49,175 bases of DNA from sequence record ON062054.1, one strand, 5' to 3'. The notes under the pieces were generated by a model. It was not told the origin of the DNA, did not search any database, and saw nothing but the letters and a program-made list of their open reading frames with translations. Positions 20,570 to 29,073 of this stretch are shown piece by piece; position 1 is the stretch's first letter; each line of letters starts with the position of its first letter. Both the position numbers and the translations under genes were made by a program. This DNA is from Escherichia phage P818.

Positions 20570-21832
20570 TTATTCCTCGTTGTTCACCTGCGGGTTAATT
20601 TGTTCGATTTCTTCAAGCTCCGGCGCTGGGCCTTGAATCTTGATAAAGTCTGCGATTGCCTCAAGTGTATCACGCGCTTCGTCACGGTCAATCACCTGAT
20701 CTGCAACCAGCTTAGAGATTGAATCGACGTTATTCTTCAGTGTCTCAGACTGCTCTTTCTCGCTTGGCATTGATAATGGCTCAAAGCGTACAGACCACTC
20801 TTCCTCGCTAATCATCATTGGGATTAACCACTCCAGAAGCGGCCTGTAATACTCGTTACGCTTACGATCAATCATCTTATAGAAAGTCTCAAGCGCTGTA
20901 TTCTGGCTCGCTGACACGCCGCCTACGTTCTTATTCTTGAGGATAATCTCGTGAATCTGAGAATAGTTGACGATGCGATCCATCTTTTTATCAAGGAAGG
21001 TATCCACTCCGCTGATGTCAGAGTTTAGAACATCATACTCCTCGTCGGTAGCGTCGATGCCAACTGTCCGCCCTACACCGCTATTGTCATCAACCTGAGC
21101 CAGTCTAAGTCGCGCCGCATAACGACCTTCGTCATCATCACACAAATCAGCCAGCCCCTTCGCTTTCCATACGCCTTGTTGCTTACGGCGCAATAGCTGA
21201 GTGGCCAGCTCCTCGCAGTAGTTGTAATCCAGGATTGCATCAATTAGACCTTTACTCAGTACCGAAGCGCCCCAATCGTTATTCTTAGATCGAATCATGC
21301 CGGGCACTCGCTCGCCGCCATTGATGTAAATTCGTGAGTAGTGAACATCGTACTCAGGAACGCTTCCGCCAGGGCTAATGGTGTAAATCTTAGGCATTCC
21401 GTAGCGAGGATTTCGCGCGTTCTTCTCGCGGTCCTTGATGCGAACCTGCTCTTTTTCGTATACGCGGATTGATTCAAGCTGCGCACCTTCCTTGATTGGT
21501 GAAGTCAGTAGGCGGTTGTCACGGACTACGGCGACGATGGCGGAGCCACCATAAAGCCGCTCCCATGAGAACGCCTCTACGATCTGCTTATTCAGCTTCA
21601 TTCCATCCCACAAAGATTTGAACGCTTTCTCATCCTTCACACCGTCAAGGCCGAATCCAGGGAAAACCATTTCTTCTGGGATTACATCAACAATTTTCTT
21701 AGCCATAGGATCATCAATGTAAAACTGCGTCACGTACATCTGATCGTATAGCGATGCAAGCGCGCCGCCTGCCGTACCTTCACCCTTAAACGTCTTGTTG
21801 TAAGAGTCGGTCTTTACGCTTTTTTTACTCAT
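20570..21832 (-). CDS. Portal protein
   Basis: 420 aa; between terminase/HNH and head morphogenesis genes. Confidence 0.75.
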   Translation of the reverse strand: MSKKSVKTDSYNKTFKGEGTAGGALASLYDQMYVTQFYIDDPMAKKIVDVIPEEMVFPGFGLDGVKDEKAFKSLWDGMKLNKQIVEAFSWERLYGGSAIVAVVRDNRLLTSPIKEGAQLESIRVYEKEQVRIKDREKNARNPRYGMPKIYTISPGGSVPEYDVHYSRIYINGGERVPGMIRSKNNDWGASVLSKGLIDAILDYNYCEELATQLLRRKQQGVWKAKGLADLCDDDEGRYAARLRLAQVDDNSGVGRTVGIDATDEEYDVLNSDISGVDTFLDKKMDRIVNYSQIHEIILKNKNVGGVSASQNTALETFYKMIDRKRNEYYRPLLEWLIPMMISEEEWSVRFEPLSMPSEKEQSETLKNNVDSISKLVADQVIDRDEARDTLEAIADFIKIQGPAPELEEIEQINPQVNNEE

Positions 21833-21844
21833 CTGCTTTTCTCC

Positions 21845-21877
21845 AAATAAAAATGGCTAGGTTGTTAGCCTAGCCAT
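21845..21877 (-). terminator. Hairpin/terminator between HNH and portal genes
   Basis: Minus-sense TGGCTAGGCTAACAACCTAGCCA followed by TTTTTATTT. Confidence 0.5.
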
Positions 21878-21883
21878 TATACA

Positions 21884-22408
21884 TTATTTGATGTCTATCT
21901 TACCATGGTTTTCATGGTATCCAAGCCTGAACTCGGCTGATTTCCTGGCGCAAACCGCGTCAAACCAATCAGAGAAGTAGCCTAGTGATTTCCTCTCTCC
22001 CTTTCCTGAGTTTCCAATGAAAGCCCACCACTTAGACCTTGACTCATACCAATAAACACCTACACATCCACTCCTATTTCTGACAGATCTTTTCGTGTTC
22101 CTACCGTTATCCTTATGGGTAACAACCCTTAGATTCTCCCTCCTATTATCGTTCCTTACGTGATTTTTGTGGTCTATCTGCATTCCCTCTGGTATGTCTC
22201 CATTATCGAATTCCCACGCAAACCTATGAGCAAGAAGAGACACTCCACCTATCGTTATCCTCACATAACCATCAGCATCAATGGTTCCAGCTATATCACC
22301 TGGGTAGAATTTACTTTTCTTAACCTTAATCATCCATCTAACATGAGTTCCGTCATATGTTAGATAACCTTTGGCAATGTCATATATTTCACTTCTTGAG
22401 CCCTGCAT
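21884..22408 (-). CDS. HNH endonuclease with AP2-like domain (copy 1)
   Basis: 174 aa; DHKNHVRNDNRRENLRVVTHKDNGRN motif; TAATG overlap with large terminase gene. Confidence 0.8.
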   Translation of the reverse strand: MQGSRSEIYDIAKGYLTYDGTHVRWMIKVKKSKFYPGDIAGTIDADGYVRITIGGVSLLAHRFAWEFDNGDIPEGMQIDHKNHVRNDNRRENLRVVTHKDNGRNTKRSVRNRSGCVGVYWYESRSKWWAFIGNSGKGERKSLGYFSDWFDAVCARKSAEFRLGYHENHGKIDIK

Positions 22409-23997
22409 TACATCCCCTTACTTAATCCGGCTAAACGCTTCATTCTAGATACTGGATCATCCAACATGTTCATCTCAAAGTTTACAGCATCAAAGACGTT
22501 ATCGCAAATGTCATCGTGAGGAGATGAATCATCAAACGTGAATGAAACCAACTCAACCTCCATGTCACTTAACATTTCGTGAGACTCGGGAAAAACACAG
22601 CGCCCCGCTTTCATGATTGGCGCCGCGTCCATTGCGCGAGTTACCTTATCCGTATTTCGCTGAACTGGCGTAATGTCAATCGGTAGTTTCTTGTTGATTG
22701 ACTGGATCAGGCCAGTACCGCTCGCCTTGTCTTCAATGTAAACCTTGCGCAGTGAAGTCTTGTTATCCTTCGCCCATTTGAAGCAGTTGCCATAAAAGTT
22801 AAGGGCCATCTTTTCAAGTTCCGGCGCTTCCCACTTACCGCGAATGCCGTCGATGAAATATACGCGGTCCTTATACTTACCCCACAAAACAAATACGCTG
22901 TAGTCGTGTATTTCCTCTGCTTTCTGCGCTGTATCCGCAGTAGTGAACAGGTATTCGAAGCGTTCCGGTTTTGGCATGTTGGCTTTTTCGCCGTCGCCGT
23001 AATACTGGAACCAGTCCGACTTAAACGCGTTACCGCCAAGCGCGATTGGCTTCTGCTGATACTGAGACTCAAATGTGTACAGGTCAGCTTCGCGCAACGC
23101 CAGTAGGCTTTCTGCGCTCTCCTTCGCGGGCCAGAAAGAGAAGTGCTCAACCCCGTCAATCATTACCGATGGGGACGATAGCACGTCTTTATCAAATTCC
23201 TCTTTCAACCAGTCAGGAAGCGTGTCTCTGTATTCCTCAGTTACCAGCGCCGGAATGATTACCTGCTCAAACTTCATGCCACCCATACCGCCATTCATCA
23301 GGAACCAAGTCGCATCGTTTACGTGTAGCCGCTGCTGGACAACAACGCATGGTGTCTTGTCATTCATTCTTCGCGATCGAACGGTGTTCTTTAACAGCGT
23401 ATGACCAGCCTTTCTCTTTACTGCTGAGTATAGGTCTTTCGGCTTCTCAGGGTCATCAAGCGTCAGCATTCCGGTGAAGCCATCATCCATATAACCGCCA
23501 CGCTTACCAGTTACCTGACCACCGATCGCACGTGAAGTTAGAGTTAACCATGCCTTTTCCTTTGAGTTTAGAGCGGTAATGTCACCACCTGAAGCCTTTG
23601 CTAGTTTGCAGGGCCAAAGCTCCTGGAACTCATCAGAGCCGATAATCTCACGCGTCCTGATCCCGTTATCCTTAACGAGACTATCAGAGAATGAGAGGTT
23701 AAGATTCCTTATCTTCTCGCTCCTGAACATACAATACACTGGCATGTGAATGGAGAAGATCTCAGTCTTGCCAGAGCCTGGGGTAATGTTGAATATGATG
23801 TTTTGTATCTCACCTTTGATTATCTGCTCAACCTTCCAGCAAAGGTAGTTGAAGTGCCAATTAGACCTAAACTTTTGAGCCTGTATCAAAGCGAACCATA
23901 TGCGCATAAAATCACTAAAAGACCTCTCGCTCATCACCTTTATTACCGCCTTTTCCTTTGGTGTCAGATCTTCCCAAATCAATATCTTGTTAGACAT
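22408..23997 (-). CDS. Terminase large subunit
   Basis: 529 aa; Walker A-like TPGSGKTE near the N-terminus. Confidence 0.85.
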   Translation of the reverse strand: MSNKILIWEDLTPKEKAVIKVMSERSFSDFMRIWFALIQAQKFRSNWHFNYLCWKVEQIIKGEIQNIIFNITPGSGKTEIFSIHMPVYCMFRSEKIRNLNLSFSDSLVKDNGIRTREIIGSDEFQELWPCKLAKASGGDITALNSKEKAWLTLTSRAIGGQVTGKRGGYMDDGFTGMLTLDDPEKPKDLYSAVKRKAGHTLLKNTVRSRRMNDKTPCVVVQQRLHVNDATWFLMNGGMGGMKFEQVIIPALVTEEYRDTLPDWLKEEFDKDVLSSPSVMIDGVEHFSFWPAKESAESLLALREADLYTFESQYQQKPIALGGNAFKSDWFQYYGDGEKANMPKPERFEYLFTTADTAQKAEEIHDYSVFVLWGKYKDRVYFIDGIRGKWEAPELEKMALNFYGNCFKWAKDNKTSLRKVYIEDKASGTGLIQSINKKLPIDITPVQRNTDKVTRAMDAAPIMKAGRCVFPESHEMLSDMEVELVSFTFDDSSPHDDICDNVFDAVNFEMNMLDDPVSRMKRLAGLSKGM

Positions 23998-24056
23998 AGC
24001 AAAAACCCCTAAACATTAATTGTCAGGGGTTATTTTATCCACATAGTCAGATTTTA

Positions 24057-24575
24057 TCAAATCTTATCAAGTACGCTTTTCACGGCATCCTCAATCGTTT
24101 GAGTGTCATTCACTACATTGCTTACGTTGACCTCAGCCGCCTTGTCGATACCAATGTCTTTGCCTACGAATCCGGCGTTGATAAGGTTGGACGCAGCTAA
24201 CTGATATTTCTGTTCAATAATTACTGAGTCGATGAACTCCATTACCTCAGAGAATCCAGGCGACGCGCGCCAGCTTTGGATCGCACCGGAGGTAACGCCG
24301 CAATAAAGCTGGAAGCCGTTGAGCGTGAACACTCGCGGCTTGTGCACTAAGTTCTCGGTGACAACACCCTGGAAGCTCGCCGTTTCGATTGCCTTGATTG
24401 CCTGGTCCTCGGCCCATGAGAAATACTTAACCGCCAGGTTGAATACAGTCTCAGGTGTCATTGGATGGCGATGGTTCAGATTGGCAATGTCGCCATACTT
24501 TTTATTGTATAGCTCTTTGAAGTTACCGATTCGAACCTTCTCGTTAGCGTGACTGGTGAAGTTTTCGTCTTTCAT
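24057..24575 (-). CDS. Putative terminase small subunit
   Basis: 172 aa immediately upstream of large terminase; GGGGG RBS. Confidence 0.5.
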   Translation of the reverse strand: MKDENFTSHANEKVRIGNFKELYNKKYGDIANLNHRHPMTPETVFNLAVKYFSWAEDQAIKAIETASFQGVVTENLVHKPRVFTLNGFQLYCGVTSGAIQSWRASPGFSEVMEFIDSVIIEQKYQLAASNLINAGFVGKDIGIDKAAEVNVSNVVNDTQTIEDAVKSVLDKI

Positions 24576-24604
24576 AGTTGTTCCCCCTTGTTGAATAGGA
24601 ATGA

Positions 24605-24613
24605 ATTATACCA
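24605..24613 (-). promoter_or_regulatory. Extended -10 element (TGGTATAAT) upstream of the packaging operon
   Basis: Minus-sense TGGTATAAT following a terminator hairpin. Confidence 0.4.
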
Positions 24614-24624
24614 GATTGCAGGCA

Positions 24625-24650
24625 TAAAAAAAGCACCCCGAAGGATGCTT
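24625..24650 (-). terminator. Intrinsic terminator
   Basis: Minus-sense AGCATCCTTCGGGGTGCT followed by TTTTTTT. Confidence 0.55.
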
Positions 24651-24657
24651 AAATGAA

Positions 24658-24879
24658 TCAGTCAACGTATTTGATGGCCCCAGGCTTCCGCCCCGATCGA
24701 ATGTCGTTAATCTCGTTGAACACAGAGATAAAATTGCCGGATACGCGCCACTGCTTTTTCTTCTCATCGTATCGAGCTTGAGCGAACTGACCTCGCTTAA
24801 TTAGCTTGGCTACCAATGAGCAAGATAACGAAATGATCAGGACTAAAGCGAAAATAAAACCATAAATAAACGTCAGCAT
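24658..24879 (-). CDS. Small membrane protein
   Basis: 73 aa; N-terminal hydrophobic helix. Confidence 0.4.
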   Translation of the reverse strand: MLTFIYGFIFALVLIISLSCSLVAKLIKRGQFAQARYDEKKKQWRVSGNFISVFNEINDIRSGRKPGAIKYVD

Positions 24880-25058
24880 GAAATACCCCTTACATAATTA
24901 ACTAAAAATTTATGAGTCGTTGTATCGACTCCGCTCATTTTCTTCACCTTTGAAACGGCTTCTTCGGCGCTGCTGGCCTCAACCTTTGCTTCAAAGTTTT
25001 GCTTACAAGATGCGCATGTGCGACCCATTAGCAAAATAGTTAGCTTGACCTCAAACAT
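24873..25058 (-). CDS. Hypothetical small protein
   Basis: 61 aa; start chosen at ATG 6 nt after GAGG; start uncertain. Confidence 0.3.
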   Translation of the reverse strand: MFEVKLTILLMGRTCASCKQNFEAKVEASSAEEAVSKVKKMSGVDTTTHKFLVNYVRGISC

Positions 25059-25243
25059 ATCAAACCTCATTGTTATGTCCGGTTACGGAGTCCGGAAGGC
25101 TTTCACAATGCCTCGATTGTATTGCGACTTACACTTTGCTTTTGGCGATGCGCTATTTCAATTTGCGGCTTACGAACCGCTCGTTGCCACTTGGCGGCCT
25201 CTTCTGTTTACGAGATTAAAGATACCAGTCAGCGAGATTTCTG

Positions 25244-25438
25244 TCAATCGACTTTTTTAAAAGTTCCATACGTCGGGCAAACAGGGTAGTCGATCGCGAC
25301 CTTGTTCCCCTCGTCACTGTAGACGTAAACGTATCCCTGGGAATCAACTTTTTCCACTGTGTACTCGCAGCCAGTAAAGAACTCATAACCGCGCGCGCCG
25401 ATACACTTGATCACGTCACCCTTCTTGATCTTACTCAT
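25244..25438 (-). CDS. Hypothetical small protein
   Basis: 64 aa; start refined to MSKIKKG with GGAGAAAG RBS and 8-nt overlap (ATGAGTAA). Confidence 0.45.
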   Translation of the reverse strand: MSKIKKGDVIKCIGARGYEFFTGCEYTVEKVDSQGYVYVYSDEGNKVAIDYPVCPTYGTFKKVD

Positions 25439-25670
25439 AGATACTTTCTCCGTTTTCACGTTTTCCAACCAGCCCCTTAAGATAACCAGCAATCCAAATA
25501 AAACGAGAGCGCGATATAATGGTCGCCACGGCCTCGTGGTGCTTGGTAATAATTGAGGCAACCAGTTTATCATCCTTTCGCTCTTTCTTATCTAGAGCGT
25601 CATACGCTGCGTTTAATTGCTTGGCCTTGGCCTTTACTGCGTTCATCTGCGGATCAGTTAATCCAAACAT
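25431..25670 (-). CDS. Hypothetical small protein
   Basis: 79 aa; GAGGTGAAAGAG RBS. Confidence 0.5.
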   Translation of the reverse strand: MFGLTDPQMNAVKAKAKQLNAAYDALDKKERKDDKLVASIITKHHEAVATIISRSRFIWIAGYLKGLVGKRENGESIYE

Positions 25671-25810
25671 TTCTCTTTCACCTCTTTGTATTGTTTAACC
25701 GCACCGCCGAGAACATTACGCGCTGCCTCGGCTGATTCCTTCGTATCGTGAACGGTGCGATGAATCTCTTTTCCGAACTTGCCTACTCCGTATGTGTGAA
25801 TGTAAATCAT
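25658..25810 (-). CDS. Hypothetical small protein (50 aa)
   Basis: Not in the ORF track (under 60 aa); ATGA overlap with upstream gene, open frame to TAA. Confidence 0.35.
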   Translation of the reverse strand: MIYIHTYGVGKFGKEIHRTVHDTKESAEAARNVLGGAVKQYKEVKEKCLD

Positions 25811-26019
25811 TCTTCAATCACCTTATATTCATTTTCGCTAATGCTGATTTCGTCGCCAACATTCACAAACTCTGTTTCACGGATAGCCTGGATTGAAAGG
25901 TCGCCGTCCTTGTATTTACCTGACACCTCTACCACGTCGCCAACCTTAAAGCCACACTCTTCCAGTGTAAGCGCGTCGTCATCAGTAACATAGTCAACGT
26001 CGATAATTTCAATTTTCAT
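25807..26019 (-). CDS. Highly acidic small protein (DNA-mimic candidate)
   Basis: 70 aa with about 20 Asp/Glu versus 6 Lys/Arg; GAGGAAG RBS; downstream of motif copy 4. Confidence 0.55.
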   Translation of the reverse strand: MKIEIIDVDYVTDDDALTLEECGFKVGDVVEVSGKYKDGDLSIQAIRETEFVNVGDEISISENEYKVIEE

Positions 26020-26074
26020 TTCTGCTTCCTCGTTCGTTTCGATGGGGTAACTATACAGCTACCCCGATTATGAG

Positions 26075-26093
26075 TTTTAACAAAAAGTGCTAT
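26075..26093 (-). promoter_or_regulatory. Dyad motif copy 4
   Basis: Minus-sense TAGCACTTTTTGTTAAAA overlapping upstream stop; 22 bp then TATAGT inside a hairpin, then TACCCCATCGAAACGAA box. Confidence 0.6.
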
Positions 26094-26485
26094 CGCTTAT
26101 AATTTCGCGCAATATCTTTCATTGCTCGCCATGCGATAAAGCAGAACATGCCAGGCTCGGTAAAGCGAAGTTTTCCGTACTGGCGGCAAAGTCTGCGGTG
26201 TCGGCGCTTATCACTAATGCGATCTACTTTCTTTTCAGTGACAACCAGGCGTCGTGGGCCTTCGAATAACTCAAATGTAACGGCTACACCACTCGCAAGG
26301 CTTATATTAAACTTGTTTGCTTTTTGCACTGCTTTCCATGTCACACCCGCGACGCTATCCTTAACATCAACCACATTTAAGTAGCGATTTGGTACTCGCT
26401 TAGCATCGTATACCTGACCGACCTGAAAGTAACCCTTTAACACCGGAGCCAGATGTGGCTTAATTTTGATGCAGCGTAATTTCAT
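26090..26485 (-). CDS. Hypothetical protein
   Basis: 131 aa; GAAGGGGAA RBS. Confidence 0.55.
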   Translation of the reverse strand: MKLRCIKIKPHLAPVLKGYFQVGQVYDAKRVPNRYLNVVDVKDSVAGVTWKAVQKANKFNISLASGVAVTFELFEGPRRLVVTEKKVDRISDKRRHRRLCRQYGKLRFTEPGMFCFIAWRAMKDIARNYKR

Positions 26486-26487
26486 GA

Positions 26488-26646
26488 CTATTCCCCTTCG
26501 TTTTCGTCGAATTGTTGATTGTTGATCTGTTTAATTACTTCCCTCATAACTTCCTGGCGATCGTGCTGGCCGTATCGAATTTTCTTTATAGACATCGCCT
26601 CTTTAAGCTCTGCTGCTTGCTTATCTGACAGGTTAATTGTAATCAT
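26488..26646 (-). CDS. Hypothetical small protein
   Basis: 52 aa; start refined to MITINL. Confidence 0.4.
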   Translation of the reverse strand: MITINLSDKQAAELKEAMSIKKIRYGQHDRQEVMREVIKQINNQQFDENEGE

Positions 26647-26647
26647 C

Positions 26648-26818
26648 TTAAATACCCTCTTTAATCTTCTCAACCGCAGATGTGAAAGCATCCAGGTTTA
26701 CATATTCATCAAACAATTCCCACGCGTAAACTTGTGACTCTGGTGTTTGCACCTCATCCCCAAGTAACTCATGAAGACCAATTATCGCCTTGCATTCTTC
26801 TTCTGTTAGGTTAATCAT
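26648..26818 (-). CDS. Hypothetical small acidic protein (56 aa)
   Basis: Not in the ORF track; AGGAAAG RBS; directly downstream of motif copy 5. Confidence 0.4.
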   Translation of the reverse strand: MINLTEEECKAIIGLHELLGDEVQTPESQVYAWELFDEYVNLDAFTSAVEKIKEGI

Positions 26819-26874
26819 CTTTCTTTCCTCTCGTTTGGTATGAGCTAACTATAACAAAACCCGCCGGGGCGGGT

Positions 26875-26894
26875 TTAGCAATTCGTGCTATTTA
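26875..26894 (-). promoter_or_regulatory. Dyad motif copy 5
   Basis: Minus-sense TAA-ATAGCACGAATTGCTAAA, then terminator-like hairpin CCCGCCCCGGCGGG plus T-run in the 22-bp spacer, then TATAGT. Confidence 0.6.
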
Positions 26895-27509
26895 CCATGG
26901 AATATCATCGGCCCATTCGTCAATCTGAGGCCGCAGGCCGCAGGAAATAGCCACCGCCAAAACACCACCTTCAACATCACCATTTACCAGATGCACATCA
27001 TGCTCGTTATATTTCTTGTAATCAGGAAAATGAGATTCCTTGATGCGGATGTAATTACGGCTATCGCCTGCGAAGGTCTTGCCATCCATAAATAGGCGCA
27101 CAACTGTAACGTCGTGACCATCTTCCACTAGCTGAATAACCTCATCAGGGAAACCGCCATCAGTGCAAACAAAGCTAAATCCATCGTCACACAGTCGGAT
27201 ATGTTCACTCATCAGCTTACCGAACTGCTGATTGCCAAAGAGTGGCTTAACTACCGTCTCGCTAATCCAGATCATGAACTCACGGCAGGTCTTGCCACCG
27301 AGAAAGTCATGAGGCATCTCTTTCTGATCGCGGTCGTCGTATGCAGTGATGAACTTTGAGAAAGCTCTTGCACCAAGGATGGATGCTGCAATCTCAAACA
27401 TCGGACGCTTGAAGCTGGTCGGGATGCAATTGTAATCTGCTGCCAGTGCATTGCCGATCGTGTCTTTACCTACGCCAGCAGGGCCGTTGAGAATGATAAT
27501 CTTTGACAT
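26892..27509 (-). CDS. P-loop kinase (polynucleotide or nucleotide kinase-like)
   Basis: 205 aa from MSKIIILNGPAGVGKDT (Walker A) with AGGAAT RBS; C-terminus ends ADDIPW. Confidence 0.55.
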   Translation of the reverse strand: MSKIIILNGPAGVGKDTIGNALAADYNCIPTSFKRPMFEIAASILGARAFSKFITAYDDRDQKEMPHDFLGGKTCREFMIWISETVVKPLFGNQQFGKLMSEHIRLCDDGFSFVCTDGGFPDEVIQLVEDGHDVTVVRLFMDGKTFAGDSRNYIRIKESHFPDYKKYNEHDVHLVNGDVEGGVLAVAISCGLRPQIDEWADDIPW

Positions 27510-27558
27510 TTTGATATTCCTGAGTAGTGGGCGCAATGTGCGCCCGTTAAGTTTAGTT

Positions 27559-28176
27559 TTATTTACCGCTTACGAGATTGCATTTTTTGCACTGGCGAAC
27601 ACCAAACGGAGGTAGCGGATCGCTAAATTCGTGCTCGCAAACTTTCTCTACGCCGTGAGACTTAAGGCCGGAGTGCACGTTGTCGCCATAGTCACACACC
27701 TGATAGGTTGTGATGCCCAGGCTTCGGAAGTGCGCAATAACATTCGGACTATCATCCCACGCTGCGGTGATGCGGTGCAATCCAATGTATCGTAAAAACT
27801 CTTCCTTGATGATCGTATCCTTGCGGTTATCATCAGCATGGCGCATGACCAGAACGTTATATTTAGCGCCAGCATCATACAGCCATTGCGTTGATTCCTC
27901 AACAACAGCATCAGATCGACCAGTGAGTACGATGATGAAAGCGCCGGAAGCGAATAGGCTATTCATTACGTCAATCGTTTCCTGGAATGGCTGATCGAAC
28001 TTGCTCAACGAGTTAAATTCAAGCCATGACTCAGTGAGGTGCAAATCCTTGGTCGGCAGCTTATGCAGGCGGTGAGTCCCGTCCGACAGAGTACCATCGA
28101 AATCAAATATGTAAACTTTCTTGTTTACCGCTTCCGTTTGAAGGTGATGCTTAATCATGGTGTAAAGCTGATTCAT
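27559..28176 (-). CDS. HAD-superfamily phosphatase
   Basis: 205 aa; DxDGT motif (FDFDGTL) near the N-terminus; C-terminal Cys/His cluster. Confidence 0.65.
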   Translation of the reverse strand: MNQLYTMIKHHLQTEAVNKKVYIFDFDGTLSDGTHRLHKLPTKDLHLTESWLEFNSLSKFDQPFQETIDVMNSLFASGAFIIVLTGRSDAVVEESTQWLYDAGAKYNVLVMRHADDNRKDTIIKEEFLRYIGLHRITAAWDDSPNVIAHFRSLGITTYQVCDYGDNVHSGLKSHGVEKVCEHEFSDPLPPFGVRQCKKCNLVSGK

Positions 28177-28232
28177 TTTAACTTCCTTTCGTGTAGTTGA
28201 TGTGGGGATTATACCAGTCAGGATGAATCCCC

Positions 28233-28253
28233 TTTTAATAAATCGTGCTATTT
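28233..28253 (-). promoter_or_regulatory. Dyad motif copy 6
   Basis: Minus-sense AAATAGCACGATTTATTAAAA overlapping stop; 23 bp then TATAAT. Confidence 0.55.
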
Positions 28254-28592
28254 GACGCAGCCATTGGACACTTTCGTCAACTCACTTACGAATTCATCGA
28301 CCGTATTGTGACAAGGATCGCCATTGTATTTAGGATTGCTATCCATCATGCCATCAATAACCTTTTGGATAACCTCGCCAATCGACTTACGGATGGCATC
28401 TTCAACATAGCCAGAGATGATTGTATTAATTGCATCTTTTTGCTTAGACTCTAAATCCTTTAAACGCGACTGCAACGACTCAATTTCATTCTTATGCGAT
28501 CCGTAGGTGACGTACGCTCCGCTATCGTCACGCTCCATTATGTCGACGGTACCGTTTAGTGTCGTGTAGCTGCGTGGTGTGTACCTGTTCAT
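28248..28592 (-). CDS. Hypothetical protein
   Basis: 114 aa; GAGGATG RBS. Confidence 0.55.
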   Translation of the reverse strand: MNRYTPRSYTTLNGTVDIMERDDSGAYVTYGSHKNEIESLQSRLKDLESKQKDAINTIISGYVEDAIRKSIGEVIQKVIDGMMDSNPKYNGDPCHNTVDEFVSELTKVSNGCVK

Positions 28593-28657
28593 GGTGACAT
28601 CCTCAGTTGTTTGTGTTCACTTGACAGGAGACACTATAGCTAATGTCTCCGAGCAAG

Positions 28658-28676
28658 TTTTAACAAAAAGTGCTAT
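28658..28676 (-). promoter_or_regulatory. Dyad motif copy 7
   Basis: Minus-sense AATAGCACTTTTTGTTAAA overlapping stop; 22 bp then TATAGT inside hairpin GGAGAC...GTCTCC. Confidence 0.6.
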
Positions 28677-28891
28677 TCGATGAACCCAACGCGAACCGCA
28701 GCATCAAGTGTGATGTAATCATCAGCCGTCAGCGTTGAGTGAAAGGTGAAGATTCCTGCCTGAATGCCCTTTACCAACTGATCCCGCGTGATTCCGGAAA
28801 TATTGATGATGCCGCGACCGCCTCCAGTGCGCAGAACCACATCACCGATTGCACAAAATTCGACGCCTTTACTGTTAGTGTAGACTTGCAT
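28673..28891 (-). CDS. Hypothetical small protein
   Basis: 72 aa; start refined to MQVYTNS with AAGGAG RBS. Confidence 0.5.
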   Translation of the reverse strand: MQVYTNSKGVEFCAIGDVVLRTGGGRGIINISGITRDQLVKGIQAGIFTFHSTLTADDYITLDAAVRVGFIE

Positions 28892-28893
28892 GA

Positions 28894-29073
28894 TTATTGC
28901 TCCTTCAACTTTTGGCAGATGCCTTTGATTGCTCCGAACGAAATGGCAATGGGCCAGATAGCAGCAACGATCACCATGTCGTACCACTTGTTATCACTAT
29001 TGCTAACGTCTTTTGCAATTGCGTAAACCGGAAACGCGCCCAAGATGTAAAGCACGATGCATAAAATAATCAT
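28894..29073 (-). CDS. Small membrane protein (59 aa)
   Basis: Not in the ORF track; two hydrophobic segments; ATGA overlap with upstream gene. Confidence 0.4.
   Translation of the reverse strand: MIILCIVLYILGAFPVYAIAKDVSNSDNKWYDMVIVAAIWPIAISFGAIKGICQKLKEQ

Noticed and set aside
26090-26485. Possible paralogy between the 26090-26485 and 33266-33505 products (shared K-[IL]-R-C N-terminus and VYDA)
   Set aside because: Similarity is limited to a few residues and does not extend; too weak to call without profile comparison.
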